A stretch of 64,000 bases of DNA from an uncultured Bacteroides sp. GTDB taxonomy: Bacteria > Bacteroidota > Bacteroidia > Bacteroidales > Muribaculaceae. The notes below the pieces were generated by a model. That model ran no database searches, was not told where the DNA came from, and worked only from the letters and a program-made list of their open reading frames with translations. A program made the translations under genes and the position numbers. The stretch lies in NCBI GenBank assembly GCA_964487725.1, contig CAZASF010000004.1, positions 9,907-73,906 of the forward strand. Direction: 5' to 3'. Positions 57,849 to 64,000 of this stretch are shown one piece after another. Every line of letters starts with the position of its first letter. The first letter of the stretch is position 1.

Positions 57849-59072
57849 TTAATTGGCCCTTAGGCTATCGAGCCATTGCTTTTCGAGCTCCTGCTGGTAC
57901 TTTTCGGTGACCGGACCTTTGATGTCAGCAGCACATTCGGGAGCGATGATTATTTTCCCAATGGCCGTGCGATAGGCTTTCCATCGGTCATCTTCGGGAC
58001 GGTTCCCGCCGAAACACAGGTAGTCAACCACCTTGTTGTCACCTTGCGCCACTATCACCTGATCAACTCTCACATCGTTGCCAAAGCGTTTTCTGACCGA
58101 CGTAGGGTGGGCTGCATTCAGGTCGTGTGGGATAGTCTCTGTGAGATATCTGACCGCGGCATCAGCAATAGAATCATTTGTCGCTGACACCACATATCCT
58201 TTGTAGTGGGGCCTGTCCCAGACGAATTCACTGCGGTGGTTGACGAAATATTCCTGCAGTCCGGCGCTGTCGGTGCGTGCTCGTTGCCACACTTCCTTAT
58301 CCATGATTTCATAGACCATCATTCCCGTACGGTAATCTTCGAGAATATCTCGGTAGTCCGGCTCTCTTCCCGGAAGTTCGCGGATGAATTCCGCTATAGC
58401 TTCGTTGAATGTCAAATCCTTGCGCCCTGAGTCCTGCGATTTCCACCGGTCAATTGTGCGCGTAATGGCCATGGCCGACCGTTCATCGTGCATGATTGCA
58501 TTGCGTATTTTTTCTCTGACGGAGTCAATGGGCACTATAGCATTGTCAAGGCGTTTGCGGCTCTTGACTCTTACAATGTGGAATCCGTAGGGTGATTCCT
58601 TTATTTCAGAAACGGCTCCAATCGGGGTGTTGAATGTCAGGTCTTCAAAAAAATAAGGCCAGTCCCCCGCTGTCACTGTTGCCTTTTCTCCGAAATCGGG
58701 ATTATTTATCAGCAAAATCCTCAGGCTGTCGGCCATTGATAGTGCGTTTTCTCTTTCCGATGGCTTTTCCGGTCGCGGAACAAATACGTGGTTGACCTCG
58801 ATGATTTCACCGATACGGCAATAGGCCACGTCAATGAGCGAATCATCCACTTGCTTATCCCTGAGATATGGAATAGCGAGATCACGGGAATACATTTCCA
58901 ATTCTTCGCGGAACCGGCGCGTGGTGTCGATGCCCGCGTCTTTGGCTGCGCGAATTTTAAGCCTTAATATCTGTTCGGCATCCGGGTTGTCGTCGGTCCG
59001 ACTCCATGCAGATGATTGACCGTAGACTACGAAAAGTAGAAGCAGCAGAGTAAGTGGAATGATTTTATTCAT
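57849..59072 (-). CDS. PpiC-type peptidyl-prolyl isomerase-like protein
   Basis: ESPYGFHIVRV rotamase motif, EDYRTGMMVYEIMDKEVW; signal peptide from MNKII at 59072. Confidence 0.8.
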   Translation of the reverse strand: MNKIIPLTLLLLLFVVYGQSSAWSRTDDNPDAEQILRLKIRAAKDAGIDTTRRFREELEMYSRDLAIPYLRDKQVDDSLIDVAYCRIGEIIEVNHVFVPRPEKPSERENALSMADSLRILLINNPDFGEKATVTAGDWPYFFEDLTFNTPIGAVSEIKESPYGFHIVRVKSRKRLDNAIVPIDSVREKIRNAIMHDERSAMAITRTIDRWKSQDSGRKDLTFNEAIAEFIRELPGREPDYRDILEDYRTGMMVYEIMDKEVWQRARTDSAGLQEYFVNHRSEFVWDRPHYKGYVVSATNDSIADAAVRYLTETIPHDLNAAHPTSVRKRFGNDVRVDQVIVAQGDNKVVDYLCFGGNRPEDDRWKAYRTAIGKIIIAPECAADIKGPVTEKYQQELEKQWLDSLRAN

Positions 59073-59147
59073 TTGGGTTACGGTTAAGAATGATGCCCTC
59101 AAAGTCATTGACAGTGAGGGCACCTATGCGATATGTAGCTTGATCAA

Positions 59148-60659
<1,512 letters not shown>

Positions 60660-60676
60660 TTATTTTTTATTGCATG

Positions 60677-60684
60677 CAAAGTTA
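60677..60684 (-). promoter_or_regulatory. -7 promoter element of guaB operon
   Basis: TAACTTTG followed by CA on the minus strand. Confidence 0.65.
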
Positions 60685-60829
60685 AATATTTTTTTTGATA
60701 AAGTAGCAATTTCATTGTTAAAACTCGCCGTTTCCCATCTACGGAGTGGATTTTACGCAGCAGTAATGGGGCGGAAATTTGCGGTTAGGCAGATTTTCAT
60801 TATTTTTGTTGTGAAAATTTTCAGTTGTA

Positions 60830-61804
60830 ATGCCGGAAAAGCAGGCTCTTTTGATAGTCAATCCCATCTCGGGCACATCGCGCAAGGAAGGCCTTGAGGA
60901 GAAAGTGGTCAGACGTCTCGCCGAGTGCGGGATGGAGGTGACTGCGTGTCGTACGGGTTGTGCCGGCGATGCCACCCGCCTTGCTCATGAGGGCATCGAC
61001 CGGGGATTCGGCACGATAATCGCTGCCGGTGGTGATGGAACTGTCAACGAAGTGGCCAATGCTCTCTGTGATACCGGTGTTTCATTCGGTATCATACCCT
61101 GCGGGTCCGGCAATGGGCTTGCTCGTCATCTTGGTATACCGGTGGATGTGCGTGCTGCGCTTGACATCATAGCCGAGGGCCGCACGGAGCTTTGTGACCA
61201 TGGAGTGGTAAACGGGAGGAATTTTTTCTGCACTTTCGGCATGGGGTTTGATGCGGCCGTGAGCCATAAGTTTGCCGAATCGGGACATCGCGGCAAGTTG
61301 ACCTACATTACCAGCACATTCCGCGAATATATCAACTATAGGCCTGACGAATACGTCATTACGGCCAATGGAAACGTCATAACTGACCGGGCATTCGTTG
61401 TTGCTGTATGCAATGCCTCCCAATATGGCAATAATGCCTACATCGCCCCCCAGGCATCAATAACCGACGGATTGCTTGACGTGACGATAATCCATTACGG
61501 AAATCTGTTGACAACAGCCCTTGTCGGGCTCGACCTTATGTCAGGCTCCATTGATCATAACATGCTCATCCACACTTTCCGTGCCCGGTCACTGACCATT
61601 AATCGCAAATCGTCAGGGCCCGTGCATGTCGACGGTGAGCCTATGGACATGGGCACATCGCTGTCAGTAAGCTGCATGCCGTCAAGCCTGAGAATAATCA
61701 CTCCGCGCGCTGATACCCCGGTGCGCCCGCTGCTCACGCCCATCATGTCAATGATGAACGATATCGGCTTCACGCTGCGGAGCATATTTGAAAAGAATGG
61801 CTGA
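60830..61804 (+). CDS. Diacylglycerol kinase family lipid kinase (YegS/BmrU-like)
   Basis: IVNPISG, AAGGDGT, GSGNGLAR, HVDGE. Confidence 0.92.
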   Translation: MPEKQALLIVNPISGTSRKEGLEEKVVRRLAECGMEVTACRTGCAGDATRLAHEGIDRGFGTIIAAGGDGTVNEVANALCDTGVSFGIIPCGSGNGLARHLGIPVDVRAALDIIAEGRTELCDHGVVNGRNFFCTFGMGFDAAVSHKFAESGHRGKLTYITSTFREYINYRPDEYVITANGNVITDRAFVVAVCNASQYGNNAYIAPQASITDGLLDVTIIHYGNLLTTALVGLDLMSGSIDHNMLIHTFRARSLTINRKSSGPVHVDGEPMDMGTSLSVSCMPSSLRIITPRADTPVRPLLTPIMSMMNDIGFTLRSIFEKNG

Positions 61805-61884
61805 CTCTTGCTCATAAGCAACCTTTTGCGTAAATTTGCACTCCGTTTTTAACGGGAGAACAAACTAATTATATATTTTAAGGT

Positions 61885-62988
61885 ATGGCTCTTCAATGCG
61901 GCATCGTGGGTTTGCCAAACGTGGGAAAATCCACTCTTTTCAACTGCCTTTCAAACGCCAAGGCGCAGTCGGCTAACTTTCCCTTCTGTACCATAGAACC
62001 TAACGTGGGTGTCATTACGGTGCCTGACGATAGGCTCAACACCCTCGTGGAAATGTGTAATCCCAAAAGTGTGGTTCCCGCTACAGTGGAAATCGTTGAC
62101 ATCGCCGGATTGGTAAAAGGGGCCAGCAAGGGCGAGGGACTCGGCAACAAGTTCCTTGCCAATATCCGTGAAACGGATGCCATTATTCACGTGCTACGCT
62201 GCTTCGATGATGACAATATAACCCATGTTGATGGCACCGTTGACCCTGTGCGCGACAAGGAAATCATTGACTATGAGTTGCTGATCAAGGATCTTGAGAC
62301 GGTTGAAAGCCGCATGGCCCGCACTCAGAAGCAGGCACAGACCGGAGGCGACAAAAACGCCAAGATGCAATATGAAGTCCTCAGCCGATATTATGATGCG
62401 CTCAAGGAGGGCAAGGCTGCGAGGACGGTTGAATTTGACACGGTCGATGAGCAGCGTTTTGCCCGCGATCTTTTCTTGCTTACCAACAAACCGGTGCTCT
62501 ACGTGTGCAACGTTGACGATGCTTCGGCTGCTACCGGTAATGCCTACGTTGAGGCTGTCCGCAAAGCCATCGCTGATGAAAACGCTCAACTTCTTGTGGT
62601 AGCTGCACAGACAGAGGCTGAGATTGCCGAACTGGACACTTACGAGGACCGTCAGATGTTCTTGCAGGAAATAGGCCTTGAAGAATCCGGAGTGGCGCGT
62701 CTGATACGTGCCGCATACGCGTTGCTGGACTTGCAGACATACTTCACTGCCGGCCCTGATGAGGTTCGTGCATGGACTTTCCTTCGCGGATCAAAGGCTC
62801 CTAAATGTGCCGGAATCATTCACACGGATTTTGAAAAAGGCTTCATCCGCGCAGAGGTGATAAAGTATGATGACTATGTTACTCTTGGCTCTGAGGCTGC
62901 GGTGCGTCAGGCCGGTAAAATGAACATAGAAGGTAAGGAATACGTGGTTCAGGATGGCGACATCATGCACTTCCTGTTCAATGTCTGA
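61885..62988 (+). CDS. ychF: Redox-regulated ATPase YchF
   Basis: GLPNVGKST, FPFCTIEPN, DIAGLVKGAS, IHTDFEKGFIRAE. Confidence 0.98.
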   Translation: MALQCGIVGLPNVGKSTLFNCLSNAKAQSANFPFCTIEPNVGVITVPDDRLNTLVEMCNPKSVVPATVEIVDIAGLVKGASKGEGLGNKFLANIRETDAIIHVLRCFDDDNITHVDGTVDPVRDKEIIDYELLIKDLETVESRMARTQKQAQTGGDKNAKMQYEVLSRYYDALKEGKAARTVEFDTVDEQRFARDLFLLTNKPVLYVCNVDDASAATGNAYVEAVRKAIADENAQLLVVAAQTEAEIAELDTYEDRQMFLQEIGLEESGVARLIRAAYALLDLQTYFTAGPDEVRAWTFLRGSKAPKCAGIIHTDFEKGFIRAEVIKYDDYVTLGSEAAVRQAGKMNIEGKEYVVQDGDIMHFLFNV

Positions 62989-63008
62989 TTCCTAACTGAT
63001 TATACAAC

Positions 63009-63041
63009 AAAAATCCCGAGCCGTATAGCCCGGGATTTTTT
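63009..63041. terminator. Bidirectional terminator between ychF and ferritin
   Basis: aaaaatcccg...cgggatttttt with A/T runs on both sides. Confidence 0.85.
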
Positions 63042-63058
63042 GTGGGTATGAAGTGAAC

Positions 63059-63580
63059 TTATTCTTCTGCGTTGAGAATTGAAGGAGCCTGATATGTGCG
63101 GGCAGCCAGTTCCTGGTCGAGCATGTAAAGGCCCATACCATTGTCGCCGATGAGTTTGAACTTGTCAATGAGCTGACGGGCGTTGTCCTCTTCCTCAACC
63201 TGTTCGTTGACAAACCATGTCAGGCGGTCGCGTGTGGCGTAGTCCTTCTCTGATTCAGCCAAGGCATAGAGATTGTTGATCATAGCGGTCACCTTCTGCT
63301 CATGTTCCAGTGTGGCCACGAATGCATCAAGCGGAGTAGCCCAGTCCTGAGGCACAGTAGCGATGGGTTCAAGACGGACACGGCCGTCGCGCTGAACCAG
63401 ATAGTTTATGAATATTTCAGCGTGAGCCTGCTCTTCCTGAAACTGAATGCGGAACCAATTGGCTATTCCGGGACGACCCATAGCCTCAAAGTTCATAGCC
63501 ATTGAAAGATAGAGATAGCCCGACCAAAGCTCTGCATTGATCTGTGCGTTGATAGCGTCTTGTACTTTGTTGGAAATCAT
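63059..63580 (-). CDS. ftnA: Non-haem ferritin
   Basis: INAELWSGYLYLSMA, EEQAHA, WFVNEQVEEE ferroxidase residues. Confidence 0.95.
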   Translation of the reverse strand: MISNKVQDAINAQINAELWSGYLYLSMAMNFEAMGRPGIANWFRIQFQEEQAHAEIFINYLVQRDGRVRLEPIATVPQDWATPLDAFVATLEHEQKVTAMINNLYALAESEKDYATRDRLTWFVNEQVEEEDNARQLIDKFKLIGDNGMGLYMLDQELAARTYQAPSILNAEE

Positions 63581-63618
63581 ATCTTGGATTTTTGATTATT
63601 GGTTTCTGATTATGCCGG

Positions 63619-64000
63619 TCATCGGCGTGAGCCACCGCCACGTTTGGCGCGCTGTTTCTCCTGTTCGCGCAGCATGGCCTGCTGTTTGCGCTGAGCCTCT
63701 TCCAGACGGGCCATGAAACCGCTTTTTTTCTTGGGTTTCTTGGCATTTTCGCGCATTGTGGCGCGAACCTTCTCCTCATTGACAACCTTACGGAATATGT
63801 AGGTCTGTATGATGGTGATGAGAAGTGAGAGGAAATAGTAGTAGCTCAATCCGGCCGCGTAGTTGTTGAAGAAGAACAGGAACATAATCGGCATCAGATA
63901 CATCATCCATTTCATGCCGGGCATGGATGATCCGCCGGGCTGGCTCTGCATGTTGATGCGGGTGTAGATTATGTTGGTGGCTGTCATGAGCAGGCAGAAC
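63619..64000 (-). CDS. yidC: Membrane protein insertase YidC, C-terminal part (5' truncated by window edge)
   Basis: MKWMMYLMPIMFLFFFNNYAAGLSYYYFLSLLITIIQ, basic tail; frame open to 64000. Confidence 0.93.
   Translation of the reverse strand, partial: FCLLMTATNIIYTRINMQSQPGGSSMPGMKWMMYLMPIMFLFFFNNYAAGLSYYYFLSLLITIIQTYIFRKVVNEEKVRATMRENAKKPKKKSGFMARLEEAQRKQQAMLREQEKQRAKRGGGSRR

Overview
Mostly core-genome housekeeping DNA from a Bacteroidales bacterium. Evidence: many TAnnTTTG -7 promoter elements, no Shine-Dalgarno motifs, a SusC/SusD pair and Bacteroidales-type gene order; Muribaculaceae-like is my inference. About 45 CDS run from a partial groES-groEL to a partial yidC, including greA, gdhA, miaA, pepT, serC/serA, kdsB, cstA, tamB, dgt, mutL, surA, guaB, ychF and ferritin. 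I saw no tRNA, rRNA, CRISPR array, transposase or integrase. The best leads are small. (1) A candidate ~135-nt sRNA on the minus strand with a perfect Cur/BT4338-type operator, next to eight helically phased A/T tracts. (2) A second candidate structured ncRNA with its own promoter upstream of an SNF transporter. (3) An orphan gene that looks like a degenerate phage terminase ATPase domain, with no prophage around it. (4) A coupled Lrp-IMPase-GT2-[DUF4922+SpoIID]-AmpG operon that may be an uncharacterised muropeptide or sugar-nucleotide pathway. (5) Twin G8 tracts in the promoter and signal peptide of an orphan susC. (6) A tandem 11-bp TGTCA array upstream of mutL. (7) An attenuator-like greA leader. 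All family assignments come from motif recognition by eye; no database searches were run.
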